DNA from: Corallococcus exercitus
GTDB taxonomy: Bacteria; Myxococcota; Myxococcia; Myxococcales; Myxococcaceae
Direction of reading: 5' to 3'
NCBI RefSeq assembly: GCF_042231735.1
Contig: NZ_CP102577.1
Coordinates: 2,911,281-2,975,280 of the forward strand
DNA: 64,000 bases
The translations under genes and the position numbers were made by a program. This document shows positions 19,443 to 29,115 of this stretch, in pieces (positions within the stretch are counted from its first letter, which is position 1; every line of letters begins with the position of its first letter). The notes below the pieces were generated by a model. The model had not been told where the DNA came from and searched no databases. It saw nothing but the letters and a program-made list of their open reading frames with translations.

Positions 19443-19781
19443 CTAGAACGGGACATCGTCCTCCGGTGGCGGACGCGCCTGCGCGGCCGTCCGGGGGGCT
19501 GCCTGGGGAGCGGGCCGGGCCGCCACCGCCAGCGGCGCGACGACCTCCTGGCCATCCTCGTCCACCAGCAGCTGCTCGATGCGCTGCTCGGCCTCCGTGA
19601 GCAGCTTCTCGCCCCTGCGGACGAGGCGGATGCCCTCCTCGAACGCCTTGAGCGACTCTTCCAGCGACAGGTCGCCGCTTTCCAGCCGCGCCACCGTCTC
19701 TTCCAGGCGCGACACCACGTCCCCGTACTGCTCCGGGGCGGGCTCCACCTTGGGGTTCTTGTCCGACTTCGCCACGGCCAT
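19443..19781 (-). CDS. xseB: Exodeoxyribonuclease VII small subunit
   Basis: SLEESLKAFEEGIRLVRRGEKLLTEAEQRIEQL signature. Confidence 0.85.
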   Translation of the reverse strand: MAVAKSDKNPKVEPAPEQYGDVVSRLEETVARLESGDLSLEESLKAFEEGIRLVRRGEKLLTEAEQRIEQLLVDEDGQEVVAPLAVAARPAPQAAPRTAAQARPPPEDDVPF

Positions 19782-19822
19782 CCACCTCCCCGAGCGGGGC
19801 GCGGAATGTAGAGGGTGGCCCG

Positions 19823-21535
19823 CTAGCAGTCCACCGGGCCTTTCAGGCTGGTAACGGTCGCTTCGATTTCTTCACACCCACCCAGGGTTTTCGCCCCGTG
19901 GGCCGCCAGCTTGATGCCCAGCACGTCCCCCACCGCCACGTCCGCCATGGAACGCACCACCACGCCATCCCGCTGGCGGAACGTCACCGCGTAGCCGCGC
20001 GACATCACCTTCAGGGGGCTCAGGGCGTCCAGCCGGCCCCCCAACCGTCCGAAGTGCGTCTGCGCGGACGACAGCATGCCCCGCTGCAGCTCCAGGAGCC
20101 GCGCCCGCGCCTGCGCCACCTTCGCCCGCTCGGCGGCCACCCGCGCCGTGGGTGACGCCCGCTCCAGGCCCAGCCGCGTGTCCGCCAGCGCACTCCGCCG
20201 CCGGGACACGCCCGCGCGCGCCGCCTCCGACAGGCGCATGGCCAGCTTCAAGAGGTGCGCCCGCTGCTCCGACAGCCGCGTCTGGGGCCGCGCCCGCTGC
20301 AGCCGCTCCTGGAGGCCGCGCAGCGTCTCCCGGTCCTGACGCACGCGGGGGCGCAGCACGCGCATCATCGCCTCCACCTGTTCGGACAGGTGCAGGCGCT
20401 GGTGGTTCACCTCGCGGCGGGGGTCCGGCAGCCGCGCGCGAAGCTGGCCCTGGCGCTCGCGCAGCTCCAGCACCCGCCGCTCCATGGCCCGGCGCAGCCG
20501 GCCGGACTGCGTGGCCAGCGTCAGCTCCAGGTCCGCCAGCACCGGCGCCAGCCGCTCCGCCGCCGCGCTGGGCGTGGGCGCGCGCAGGTCCGCGACGAAG
20601 TCGGAGATGGTGAAGTCGATTTCGTGGCCGATGGCGGACACCACCGGCACCGGCGAGGCGAAGATGGCGCGCGCCACCCGCTCCTCGTTGAACGTCCAGA
20701 GGTCCTCCACGGACCCTCCGCCGCGCGTCACGACGATGACGTCCACGTCGGTGCGCCCCAGCCGCTCGATGGCCCGCGCCACGTCCTCCGCGGAGCCCTC
20801 GCCCTGCACGCGCGCGTCCGCCAGCAGCACGCCCAGCCGGGGGTTGCGCGAGTGCAGCACGCGCAGGAAGTCCTGGAGCGCCGCGCCGGTGCGGCTCGTC
20901 ACGACGCCGATGCGCCGGGGCAGGAACGGCACGGGCCGGGGCGGCCGCACGCGCCGGTCTCCGATGAGCCCCTCCGCCGCCAGCCGCTGCTTGAGCTGCT
21001 CGAACGCGAGCGCCAGCGCGCCCTCGCCCACCGGCTCCAGCCGGGACACGATGAGGCTGTAGCGGCCCTGCGGCTCGTACAGGTCCACGCTGCCCTCGGC
21101 CAGCACCTCCATGCCGTCGCGCAGCGCGAAGCGCATCCGCCCCGCCATGGACGCCCACACCTTCGCGTCGATGGAGGCGTCCGCGTCCTTGAGCGTGAAG
21201 TACCAGTGGCCGCGCGCGTTGGCGCCCCGGAAGCTGGACACCTCGCCGCGCACCAGCACGCGCGGGAAGCGCGACTCCACCGTCTGCTTGATCTGCCGGG
21301 TGAGCTCGCCCACCGACAGCACCGTGCGCTCCGGGCGCGGCGGCGGGGTGACGGCGGCGAGGGGCGGCGCAGCGGCTTCCGCCACCGGCGCGGGCGGCGG
21401 GGCCACGGGCGGCTTGCTCGCGCTCGCGGCCTTCGCGGGAGGGGGGCGCAGGGGTGGCAGGAGCGACGTGCCGAACAGGTCGCCCTGCCCCGGCTCCTCG
21501 GCCGGGGGCGGCTCCATCCCCTTGCGCTTCTTCAT
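19823..21535 (-). CDS. xseA: Exodeoxyribonuclease VII large subunit with Pro/Ala-rich N-terminal extension
   Basis: Start MKKRKGMEPPP at 21535 (ATGA overlap with upstream FHA gene stop); OB-fold and catalytic regions (VVTSRTGAALQDF, VIVVTRGGGSVEDLWTFNEE). Confidence 0.85.
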   Translation of the reverse strand: MKKRKGMEPPPAEEPGQGDLFGTSLLPPLRPPPAKAASASKPPVAPPPAPVAEAAAPPLAAVTPPPRPERTVLSVGELTRQIKQTVESRFPRVLVRGEVSSFRGANARGHWYFTLKDADASIDAKVWASMAGRMRFALRDGMEVLAEGSVDLYEPQGRYSLIVSRLEPVGEGALALAFEQLKQRLAAEGLIGDRRVRPPRPVPFLPRRIGVVTSRTGAALQDFLRVLHSRNPRLGVLLADARVQGEGSAEDVARAIERLGRTDVDVIVVTRGGGSVEDLWTFNEERVARAIFASPVPVVSAIGHEIDFTISDFVADLRAPTPSAAAERLAPVLADLELTLATQSGRLRRAMERRVLELRERQGQLRARLPDPRREVNHQRLHLSEQVEAMMRVLRPRVRQDRETLRGLQERLQRARPQTRLSEQRAHLLKLAMRLSEAARAGVSRRRSALADTRLGLERASPTARVAAERAKVAQARARLLELQRGMLSSAQTHFGRLGGRLDALSPLKVMSRGYAVTFRQRDGVVVRSMADVAVGDVLGIKLAAHGAKTLGGCEEIEATVTSLKGPVDC

Positions 21536-23280
21536 CGCGACAGCTTCTCGACCCAGCCCTGGGCCTTGCCGTGCAGCTCGTCGTCGGGCGGCGTCATCGT
21601 GACGACGTCGCGGAACTTGGGCAGCGCGTCCTCGGGGCTGGAGTCCTTGATGGAGTAGGCCTGCATGTACAGGTCCTTCGCCTTGCCCTTGAGGTCGTTG
21701 ACGATGTTGGCGGCGCCCGTGTGGTTGGGGTCCGCCCGGAGCGCGTTGCGGGCGGCCTCCATGGCGCGCGACCACTGGCCGGCGGCCTTCGCGGCCGCGG
21801 CGCTCTTGTAATAGATGGTCGCCGCGCGGGTGCCCGCGTTGCGCCCCATCTTGCTGCCGCGCCCGTCGGTGATGTCCTTGTCCAGCGCGAGCAGCCGGGT
21901 GAGGCCCTTGGCTTCCAGCTCCTCCAGCTTCTTGTAGAGGTTGCCGAACTCCGTCACCTGCCCCATCAGCTGCTTGCACTGCGGCGTCTTGGCCGCGCAC
22001 GCGTTGAGGATGGCCACCGCGCCGGACGTGTCACCGTCGCGGAAGCGGTCCACGGCGGGCTCCCACGGCTTGGGCGCCGCGGCCACGCGCACCGGATCCG
22101 GACGGGTCAGGTCCGCGATGACGCGCACGGCGTCGTCGTTGACGAGCTTGCCGTCGCGGTGCTCCGGGAAGGCCGCGAGCACGTCGTCGGTGATGGCCTT
22201 GGCCTGCTGCACGTTCTCCAGCTGGCGGGTGTCCAGCAGCTGCTTGGCCTCCTTCGTGCGCTTGTCGGCGGCGTCCGTCAGGTTCTTGCGCGCCGTCTTC
22301 AGCTGCTCGTAGAGCTGGGTGTCGCTGCTCACCTTCGCGATGGACGCCTTCGCGCTGGCGAGCTCCCCCTTGTCCAACGCCGCCTGGGCCGTGGCCAGGT
22401 GGTTCTGGTTGGGGATCTCCCGCTCCGAGGCCTTGAGGTAGTCCTCCACGCCGGGGTAGTCCGGCGCCTGCGCGTGGAGTTCCTCCAGCTTCGCCTTGGC
22501 CTGCTGCCACTGGCCCTCGCGCACCAGGTTCTTGGCCTCCTGGAAGAGGCCCCCCAGCTGCTCGCGGTACTGGCGCTGCTCCGCCTCGATGCGGCCCTGC
22601 TCCTCCTGCTGCTGCCGCATGCGCGAGCGCGCGACGCCCAGGCCCGCGAAGAGCAACACCAGCACGGCGGCGCCCGCGAGCTTCATCCGCATGCGCCTGC
22701 GCTGGATCTCCGGCGTGAGCTCCGCGGCGGCCGCGGCCCGCGCCGTCTGCGGGCGCGCACGGCCCTCGCGGGCAGGACGCGAGGGCACGGCCGTGGGACC
22801 GCGCCCTCCCGCCGTGGACGGACGGGGCCGGGGGCCGGAGGGGGCCTGCACCTTGGCGGTGCTGTTGGCGGTGTCCTCGTAGCGCAGCTCCGAGTCCCCC
22901 AGCGTGATGACGTCGCCGTTGGCGAGCAGCGTCTCCTCGGAGATGGGCTCGCCGTTGACGATGGTCCCGTTGCCGGAGCCCATGTCGCTGACCATCCAGC
23001 CGGCGGACTCCTTGCGCAGCGTCACGTGCTTGCGGGAGACGGACGTGTCCTGGATGCAGATGGGGTTGTCGGTGGAGCGGCCGACCGTGTACTCGAGCTC
23101 GGAGAGCGAGAACTCCTCACCCTCCATGGGGCCGGCGATGACGACGAGCTTCGCGGGGCGGGCCGCGGCGGCCCCGGCGGAGGACCGGCGGGCCGGCGCG
23201 CGCTGTCCGGTCCCGGAGGCGGGCGTACCGGATGTAGGCCGTCGGCGGGCGGGGGGTGGTGCGTTCGACATGGCGGTCAC
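21532..23280 (-). CDS. FHA-domain protein with one TM segment and coiled-coil/TPR-like C-terminal region
   Basis: FHA: KLVVIAGPMEGEEFSLSELEYTVGRSTDNPICIQDTSVSRKHVTL...GSGNGTIVNG; TM AAVLVLLFAGLGV. Confidence 0.75.
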   Translation of the reverse strand: MTAMSNAPPPARRRPTSGTPASGTGQRAPARRSSAGAAAARPAKLVVIAGPMEGEEFSLSELEYTVGRSTDNPICIQDTSVSRKHVTLRKESAGWMVSDMGSGNGTIVNGEPISEETLLANGDVITLGDSELRYEDTANSTAKVQAPSGPRPRPSTAGGRGPTAVPSRPAREGRARPQTARAAAAAELTPEIQRRRMRMKLAGAAVLVLLFAGLGVARSRMRQQQEEQGRIEAEQRQYREQLGGLFQEAKNLVREGQWQQAKAKLEELHAQAPDYPGVEDYLKASEREIPNQNHLATAQAALDKGELASAKASIAKVSSDTQLYEQLKTARKNLTDAADKRTKEAKQLLDTRQLENVQQAKAITDDVLAAFPEHRDGKLVNDDAVRVIADLTRPDPVRVAAAPKPWEPAVDRFRDGDTSGAVAILNACAAKTPQCKQLMGQVTEFGNLYKKLEELEAKGLTRLLALDKDITDGRGSKMGRNAGTRAATIYYKSAAAAKAAGQWSRAMEAARNALRADPNHTGAANIVNDLKGKAKDLYMQAYSIKDSSPEDALPKFRDVVTMTPPDDELHGKAQGWVEKLSR

Positions 23281-23307
23281 CGCGTCCTGCTGAGGGGGGC
23301 ACGGGCC

Positions 23308-26163
23308 CTAAAGCTCGTGCTCATAGGCTTTTTCCAGCCCGAGATTGTGGCAGCGATGCTCGGCGGTAGGGAAGCGTCTCCGCACGTCTTCGAGGGTCGC
23401 GACCGCATCCCGTCGGCTGCGGAACTGAACGGCCCGCTGGAATTGCATCATCAGCTGCCCGCAGCGGTGGTCCAGCTCCGTTGAAATCTGGGCGATCCGC
23501 TCCCGCACGTCGTCGTACAGCTCCGGCTTGTCGTCGAGCGCTTCCAGGGTGATCCACGCGGCGCGGTACTCCCGCCACGCCTTGAACAGGTTCTCCGCGC
23601 CCACGTCCTTCAGCTCGTAGAAGCGGGCTCCGGCCTTCGCGGACTCCCGGGCGGAAGCCACCAGCTGGTCCGGCGGCAGCTCGGGCACCGGGATGACCTC
23701 CAGGCGCAGGTTCCAGATGCGCCAGGGGTCGCGGCCGGGCGGGTTGAGGGCGTTGTCGAAGAGCAGCTGGTTGTTGGCGTTGCGGCGCAGGAGGCTGGGG
23801 GGCAGCACCTGCTCCAGCTCGCGCTCGGCCGTCTGCGCCGTGTCCGGGGGCACCCAGCCCAGGGACACGCCGTTGAGGGACAGGTTGACCTCGTCCCGGG
23901 CGATGTTGCTGGCCTGGTAGTGCAGCACCGCCACCGCGCGCGTGGGGGACACGAAGCGGAAGTCGAAGAGCTTGTCGTCGGCGTGCACCCAGCGCACGCC
24001 CTCACCCAGGCCGAAGGAGTCCGTCACCGGATCCAGGCCCAGCTTGAAGGGCTCGCGGCCGGGGAGGCGGATCGCCGAGGGCACCGCGAGCGCCACGAGC
24101 AGCGTCACCACCGCCAGCGCGCCCAGCCCCGCCAGCGACGCGAAGCCGATGCGCCGGGGCAGCGACTGGCGCTGCCAGAAGAGGAGGAACCGGCCCTTGA
24201 GCGTCTTGCCCAGCTGACGCCGCTGGCGGGCCTTGTCGGCGGCGGACGACGGTTCAATCTTCGCGACGACCGTCACCGGGCCCTTGGGCACGGGCGCGAG
24301 GGCGGAGGTTTCCGGGCCAGGAGGGAGGGACTGGGGGGCGTCGCCCTCCGCCGCCGGGACGAGCGCGGGGGCCAGCAGCGGCGCCTCACCGGGCAGCGGT
24401 CCGGCGTCCAGCTTCGGCGGAGACGCGGACCGGTTCCGGCCCACGAGCGTCACGGGCTCCGGCTCCGGCTCCCGCGAAGGCGGCGGGACGGGGGGGCTCC
24501 AGGCCGGCGGGGGCGCCAGGGCCGAAGCAGCGGGCGCGAGCGCGTCCTGGCCCGCGAAGGTGGGCGAGGCCCGGGTCTCCTCCGGAGGGTCCGCGGGGAT
24601 GTCGTCGTCCTGGCCGACGAAGGTCGCCGGCTCGGGGGCGCCCGGCGCGGGGGGAGCCGCCGCCGCGAGGCCAATGCGCATCGGCCTGGCCACGAGCGGG
24701 CTGACCGGGGTGATGGGCCGGAGGTCGAGGACGGTCCGCTCCTCGGGCTCCTCCAGCGTCGGCGCGGGCAGCACGGGCGCAGCGTCCAGCGGCGGTGCGG
24801 CCTCCACCAGGGGCGGCGCTTCCGGGGTCGCCGGAATCGCCATCAGCGTGCGCTCCTCGGGCTCGTCCAGGTCCGGGACGGGCAGCACGGGAGCAAATGC
24901 GGAGGGGGGCTCGGGCGAGTCCACGGTGGGAATCGCCATCAGCGTGTGCTCCGCGGGCTCGTCCAGGTCCGGGACGGGCAGCACGGGCGCCAGCGCGGAG
25001 GCAGGCACGGGCGAGTCCACGGTGGGAATCGCCATCAGCGTGCGCTCCTCGGGCTCGTCCGGCATCACCGGGGCGAGCTCCACGGGAGGCGACGCGACGG
25101 GAGGCCGTGCCGGCGGGGGCGGAGCCATGAGCCCCGGCGGCGTCGCCAACGGCAGGCCGGACACGGAAGCCGCGGACGCACGCGCGGCACCACGCCCCAG
25201 CTCGGGACGGTTCAGGGCGGGCGCGCCGACACCAGGCAGGTTCGCGACGGCCTTGCGCTTCGGGGAGGCCGCCGGCTCCACGGGGCCGGGAGCCGGGGAC
25301 GCCCCCACCGCGGGCAGTCCCGACGCCGAGGCTCTTCCCGATGAGGAAGCGCCCAGCACCGGAGGCCTGGCCGGAACTCCGGCCACGTGGTTTCCCGGCG
25401 CCGAAGCCCCCAACACGGGAGGCCCGGAAGGGGCCCTGTTCGAAGCAGCTGCGTCAGCGACAAGCCCTGGCGCCAAGGGCCCCAGCACCGGAGGTCCCGC
25501 GGGAGCCTTGGCCGGGGTGGCCGCCCCCGGCGCGACGGCACCCAGCACCGGAGGTCCAGCGGAAGGCTTCGCCGCCACGGACGCTCCCGGAACGGAAGCC
25601 CCCAGCACCGGAGGTCCCACGGGAGTCCTGGCCGGCGCGGCCGCTACCGGCGGAGCGGCACCGACCGCCGGCAGATCCGGAGCGGAGGGCCGCTTCGGCG
25701 TGGCGCTCGCGACCACCGGCATCGCGGGAGCCGCCCCACCCTTCGCGGCGGGCACGGCCATCCCGGGGCGCGGAAGGGACGCGGGCCGCGCCATCGCGGG
25801 CATCGACTGCTGGTAGCTCGTGGGCGCCGCTTCGATCTCCGCGAGCGAGGCCTGCTCCACGCCCTGCGGCGACACCTTCGCGTGCGGCGGCGCGAGCGCC
25901 CGCCGGATGGGCCGGGTGACGTCGTCGTCATCCTCCGGGGCCACCCAGACGAACGTGAACTCCACCGGACCGACGGTGATGCGGTCGCCGTCGCGCAGCT
26001 GCTTCTCACCGGCCAGCGGCTGGCCGTTCAGCTGCGTGCCGTTCGCGCTGCCGACGTCCTCGGCGAAGTAACGCCCCTCCCTCGCCGTGATGCGGGCATG
26101 ACGCCGGGAGACACCGTGGTCATGCAGCACCAGGTCGTTCTCCGAGGTCCGGCCGATCTTCAC
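23308..26163 (-). CDS. Large FHA-domain membrane protein (951 aa): FHA, ~550-aa Pro/Ala-rich repetitive linker, TM helix, ~280-aa C-terminal domain. Annotated start (GTG 26161) probably too short
   Basis: (V)KIGRTSENDLVLHDHGVSRRHARI...GSANGTQLNG; TM GFASLAGLGALAVVTLLVALAV. Confidence 0.75.
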   Translation of the reverse strand: MKIGRTSENDLVLHDHGVSRRHARITAREGRYFAEDVGSANGTQLNGQPLAGEKQLRDGDRITVGPVEFTFVWVAPEDDDDVTRPIRRALAPPHAKVSPQGVEQASLAEIEAAPTSYQQSMPAMARPASLPRPGMAVPAAKGGAAPAMPVVASATPKRPSAPDLPAVGAAPPVAAAPARTPVGPPVLGASVPGASVAAKPSAGPPVLGAVAPGAATPAKAPAGPPVLGPLAPGLVADAAASNRAPSGPPVLGASAPGNHVAGVPARPPVLGASSSGRASASGLPAVGASPAPGPVEPAASPKRKAVANLPGVGAPALNRPELGRGAARASAASVSGLPLATPPGLMAPPPPARPPVASPPVELAPVMPDEPEERTLMAIPTVDSPVPASALAPVLPVPDLDEPAEHTLMAIPTVDSPEPPSAFAPVLPVPDLDEPEERTLMAIPATPEAPPLVEAAPPLDAAPVLPAPTLEEPEERTVLDLRPITPVSPLVARPMRIGLAAAAPPAPGAPEPATFVGQDDDIPADPPEETRASPTFAGQDALAPAASALAPPPAWSPPVPPPSREPEPEPVTLVGRNRSASPPKLDAGPLPGEAPLLAPALVPAAEGDAPQSLPPGPETSALAPVPKGPVTVVAKIEPSSAADKARQRRQLGKTLKGRFLLFWQRQSLPRRIGFASLAGLGALAVVTLLVALAVPSAIRLPGREPFKLGLDPVTDSFGLGEGVRWVHADDKLFDFRFVSPTRAVAVLHYQASNIARDEVNLSLNGVSLGWVPPDTAQTAERELEQVLPPSLLRRNANNQLLFDNALNPPGRDPWRIWNLRLEVIPVPELPPDQLVASARESAKAGARFYELKDVGAENLFKAWREYRAAWITLEALDDKPELYDDVRERIAQISTELDHRCGQLMMQFQRAVQFRSRRDAVATLEDVRRRFPTAEHRCHNLGLEKAYEHEL
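24834..25075. repeat. 96-nt direct tandem repeat (~2.5 copies) within FHA-protein linker (encodes PVLPVPDLDEPEERTLMAIPTVDSP units)
   Basis: 'gaatcgccatcagcgtg(c/t)gctc...gagtccacggtgg' recurs at 24834, 24930, 25026. Confidence 0.8.
25340..25660. repeat. 60-nt degenerate tandem repeats (encode 20-aa GPPVLGA units) in same FHA gene
   Basis: 'cccagcaccggaggtcc' recurs at ~25357, 25478, 25538, 25598. Confidence 0.7.
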
Positions 26164-26236
26164 CTCGGCCTGCTCGAAGGCGAGCTCCCGTCCGACCTGG
26201 AGCCCCTGGGTGATGGTGAGCAGGATGGGCAGAGGA

Positions 26237-27127
26237 CTAGCCCCCGACGTTGCCGAACATGAACTGGAACACGATGGGCCCGAAGAGCACCATGAACACC
26301 GTCGGGAAGATGCAGGCGATGAGCGGGAACAGCATCTTCACCGGGGCCTCGCCGGCCAGCTTCTCCGCGCGCTGCGTGCGGTCGATGCGCATCTGCGTGG
26401 ACTGGATGCGCAGCACCTTGCCCAGGCTCGTGCCCATCTTGTCCGCCTGGATCAGCGCCGTGACGAACGTCGTCAGGGACGGCAGGTCCACGCGCACGAT
26501 CATGCTCTTGAGCGCCTCTTCACGCGTCTTGCCCATCTTGAGCTGCTTGAGCACCAGCTGCAGCTCCTCGCGCAGCGGGCCCTGGCGGCCCTTCTCCACC
26601 ACCTTCGCCAGCGCGCCCGTGAAGTCCATGCCCGCTTCCACCGACAGCGTCAGCAGGTCCAGGTTGTACGGAAGCGCGCGGCTGATGGCCAGATGACGGC
26701 GCTTCACCTGATCGTTCAACCAGATGAGCGGATAGAACAGGCCCAGCAGCATCACCAGCAGCGACCAGGCCAGGTTCATCCCGATGCCGTTGACCACGAA
26801 CAGGCCGGCCAGCAGGGCGAAGAAGGCGCTGATCTCCTGCAGCGCCATGATGTCCTCGGGCTTGTACTGCGACGGCTCGCCCGCCTTGATGAGCTTGCGG
26901 CGCGTCTTGGACTCGTAGCCCGGCCACATGAAGCGCCGGTTCATCGCGCCCAGCTTGCGGATGGCGACGGAGCCCGCGCCCTTCACGCCGCCCGCGGACT
27001 CGTCCCGGACTTCCGACAGGAAGCGCTCCAGGACGTTGGAGTACAGGCCGATGCCCAGGAACGCCACCGCGCCCGCGGTCAGCAGGGCCGAGCCGCCCAT
27101 CAGCAGAAATGTCAGGACTTCCTGCAC
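26237..27127 (-). CDS. tadC: Type II secretion system F-family platform protein (TadC-like)
   Basis: T2SSF domain, 3 TM clusters, 296 aa. Confidence 0.8.
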   Translation of the reverse strand: MQEVLTFLLMGGSALLTAGAVAFLGIGLYSNVLERFLSEVRDESAGGVKGAGSVAIRKLGAMNRRFMWPGYESKTRRKLIKAGEPSQYKPEDIMALQEISAFFALLAGLFVVNGIGMNLAWSLLVMLLGLFYPLIWLNDQVKRRHLAISRALPYNLDLLTLSVEAGMDFTGALAKVVEKGRQGPLREELQLVLKQLKMGKTREEALKSMIVRVDLPSLTTFVTALIQADKMGTSLGKVLRIQSTQMRIDRTQRAEKLAGEAPVKMLFPLIACIFPTVFMVLFGPIVFQFMFGNVGG

Positions 27128-27140
27128 GGTGCGCCTCGTT

Positions 27141-27986
27141 TCAGATGTCGATGTTGACGATGCGCCGGATGATGAGGATGCCCATGATCTCCATGATGGC
27201 GATCAGGGTCACCAGGATGTAGCCGAAGAAGTGGTTCATCATCGGCTCCATCAGGTCCGGACGCATGTAGTTGAGCACCAGGCCCAGCACCGCCGGCATG
27301 GCCGCGACGATCCACCCTTGAAGCTTGCCCTGGGACGTCAGCGCGTCGATCTTGCCTTCCAGACGGAAGCGCTCGCGGATCACCGTGGAGATGGTCTCGA
27401 ACATCTCCGCCATGTTGCCGCCCAGCTGGCGCGCGATGTTGGTGGACACGACCACCAGCTCCAGGTCGTCGCTGCCCACGCGGCGGCCCATGTTGATGAG
27501 CGCCTCCTCCAGCGGCACGCCCAGCTTCACTTCCTTCACGAAGAGGCCGAACTCCTGGGACAGGGGCGGCATCGCCTCGCGCGCCACGTGCTCGATGGCC
27601 TGGGGGAACGTGAGGCCCGCCTTGAACGCGTTGGCCATGGCCTGCAGCGCGTCCACCAGCTGCACGTTGAACTTCTTGATGCGGCGCTTGCGGTAGTGCT
27701 TCACGAGCAGCATCGGCAGGAAGAAGCCGAAGATGGTCGCCAGCACCGCCAGGATGGGGTTGAAGATGATGTAGCTGAGGATGCCCAGGAGGCACATGCA
27801 GGCGATGTTGAGGATCAACATCTGCCGCGCGTCGATGAAGAGGAACATGTCGCTCAAGTCGTTCATCGACTTGGCGACGTACCGCTCCTGGTACTGCTCG
27901 TACGCCTTCGACAGGACGCTGAAGATCACCAGGCTGAAGAAGAACACCGAGCCGGTGACGAGGAGGAGGACGATACCTGCGAGCAT
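27141..27986 (-). CDS. tadB: Type II secretion system F-family platform protein (TadB-like)
   Basis: T2SSF domain, TM topology typical of TadB, 281 aa. Confidence 0.8.
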   Translation of the reverse strand: MLAGIVLLLVTGSVFFFSLVIFSVLSKAYEQYQERYVAKSMNDLSDMFLFIDARQMLILNIACMCLLGILSYIIFNPILAVLATIFGFFLPMLLVKHYRKRRIKKFNVQLVDALQAMANAFKAGLTFPQAIEHVAREAMPPLSQEFGLFVKEVKLGVPLEEALINMGRRVGSDDLELVVVSTNIARQLGGNMAEMFETISTVIRERFRLEGKIDALTSQGKLQGWIVAAMPAVLGLVLNYMRPDLMEPMMNHFFGYILVTLIAIMEIMGILIIRRIVNIDI

Positions 27987-28063
27987 GGGCGCGAATCCCC
28001 GGGGGATGAGGGAGGGGTCGGCAGGGCCGCTTCAGCTTAAGGAAGCGGCCCCGCGCGCGACGA

Positions 28064-28882
28064 CTACGGAGAGCCGGCCGAGGCCTTCTCGCCGCTGCCA
28101 CTGCCCTTGATGATCTGGATGATCTCCCGGCGCTTCTGCTCCAGCACGCGGGTGCGCTCGCCGGACAGGAGCGTGCTGATGGTGGCGCGGCCGCGCTCCT
28201 CGATGAGGTCCACGTCGTCCTCGTTGCGCAGGGACAGCGTCAGCTGCCCCAGCTCCGCCGCCAGCACCAGGATCTCCGCCTCTTCCGGCAGCACCATCAG
28301 CGAGACGTTGTTGTACTCGCGCTGGTTCTCCGGGATGAGGTTGATGTTCGTGGTGCCGGTGATTTTGCCCGTGGCGACCACGATGATGTTCTGCAGCAGC
28401 GTCACGGCGACGCTCTCGTCCGTCTGCGGATCACGGAACGTGCCGATGATGTCCACGTGGTCGTTGGGGCGGATCCACCCGCCCACGGACGTGGTCTGCT
28501 TCGCCTCGATGGTGATGGCGCGCGCCTTCTTCTGCACCTTCGTGGACAGGCGCTCGGCGGCCTTCGTCGTCTCGAACTGGCTCCAGAGGATGGGGTCGCC
28601 GGCCTGCAGCGCCACCAGCACCTTCTGGTTCACGATGTAGTTGGCGGAGTCCGGCTTCACCACCGACGAGGTGACGAACTGCTCCGGCACGGAGCGCTGG
28701 GAGATCATCTCGTACGTGATGACCGAACCCTCGGGCATGTCCTGGCCCGCCACCACCACGGGCACCAGGTTCCACCCGCGGCGCACATCCGATTCCTTCT
28801 TCTTGATGGCCGAGTAGGCCACGATGCCGGCGAGCAAACCGAGCACCAGTGCGACGACGAGCGGGGTCTTACCCTTCAACAT
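28064..28882 (-). CDS. cpaB: Flp pilus assembly protein CpaB/RcpC
   Basis: N-terminal TM anchor, SAF/RcpC domain architecture, 272 aa. Confidence 0.8.
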   Translation of the reverse strand: MLKGKTPLVVALVLGLLAGIVAYSAIKKKESDVRRGWNLVPVVVAGQDMPEGSVITYEMISQRSVPEQFVTSSVVKPDSANYIVNQKVLVALQAGDPILWSQFETTKAAERLSTKVQKKARAITIEAKQTTSVGGWIRPNDHVDIIGTFRDPQTDESVAVTLLQNIIVVATGKITGTTNINLIPENQREYNNVSLMVLPEEAEILVLAAELGQLTLSLRNEDDVDLIEERGRATISTLLSGERTRVLEQKRREIIQIIKGSGSGEKASAGSP

Positions 28883-29115
28883 GGTTCTAGGTCCTCCAGA
28901 ACGGTGGGGCGCCGTCGTGGCGGCAGGACAGCTTTGGACGAGGGGGCGATGCCAGGGCGCGAACGGGGCGGAATGTTATCCATGCCCCACGCCGGGTGTC
29001 AAAACCACCTCTCGAGACAAAGCGGAATCCCGGGACACCCGGGGCTCGCGGCGCCTGCCCGCCCGGCAGGGAGGACGGCGCGTCACACGGGCCTGATCCG
29101 CGGCCTCTGCGTCGC

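Noticed and set aside
21536-22000. 155-codon N-terminal extension of the xseA ORF
   Set aside because: Overlaps the FHA gene on the same strand in another frame; composition R/G/Q-rich; start at MKKRKG (21535) gives a clean ATGA junction
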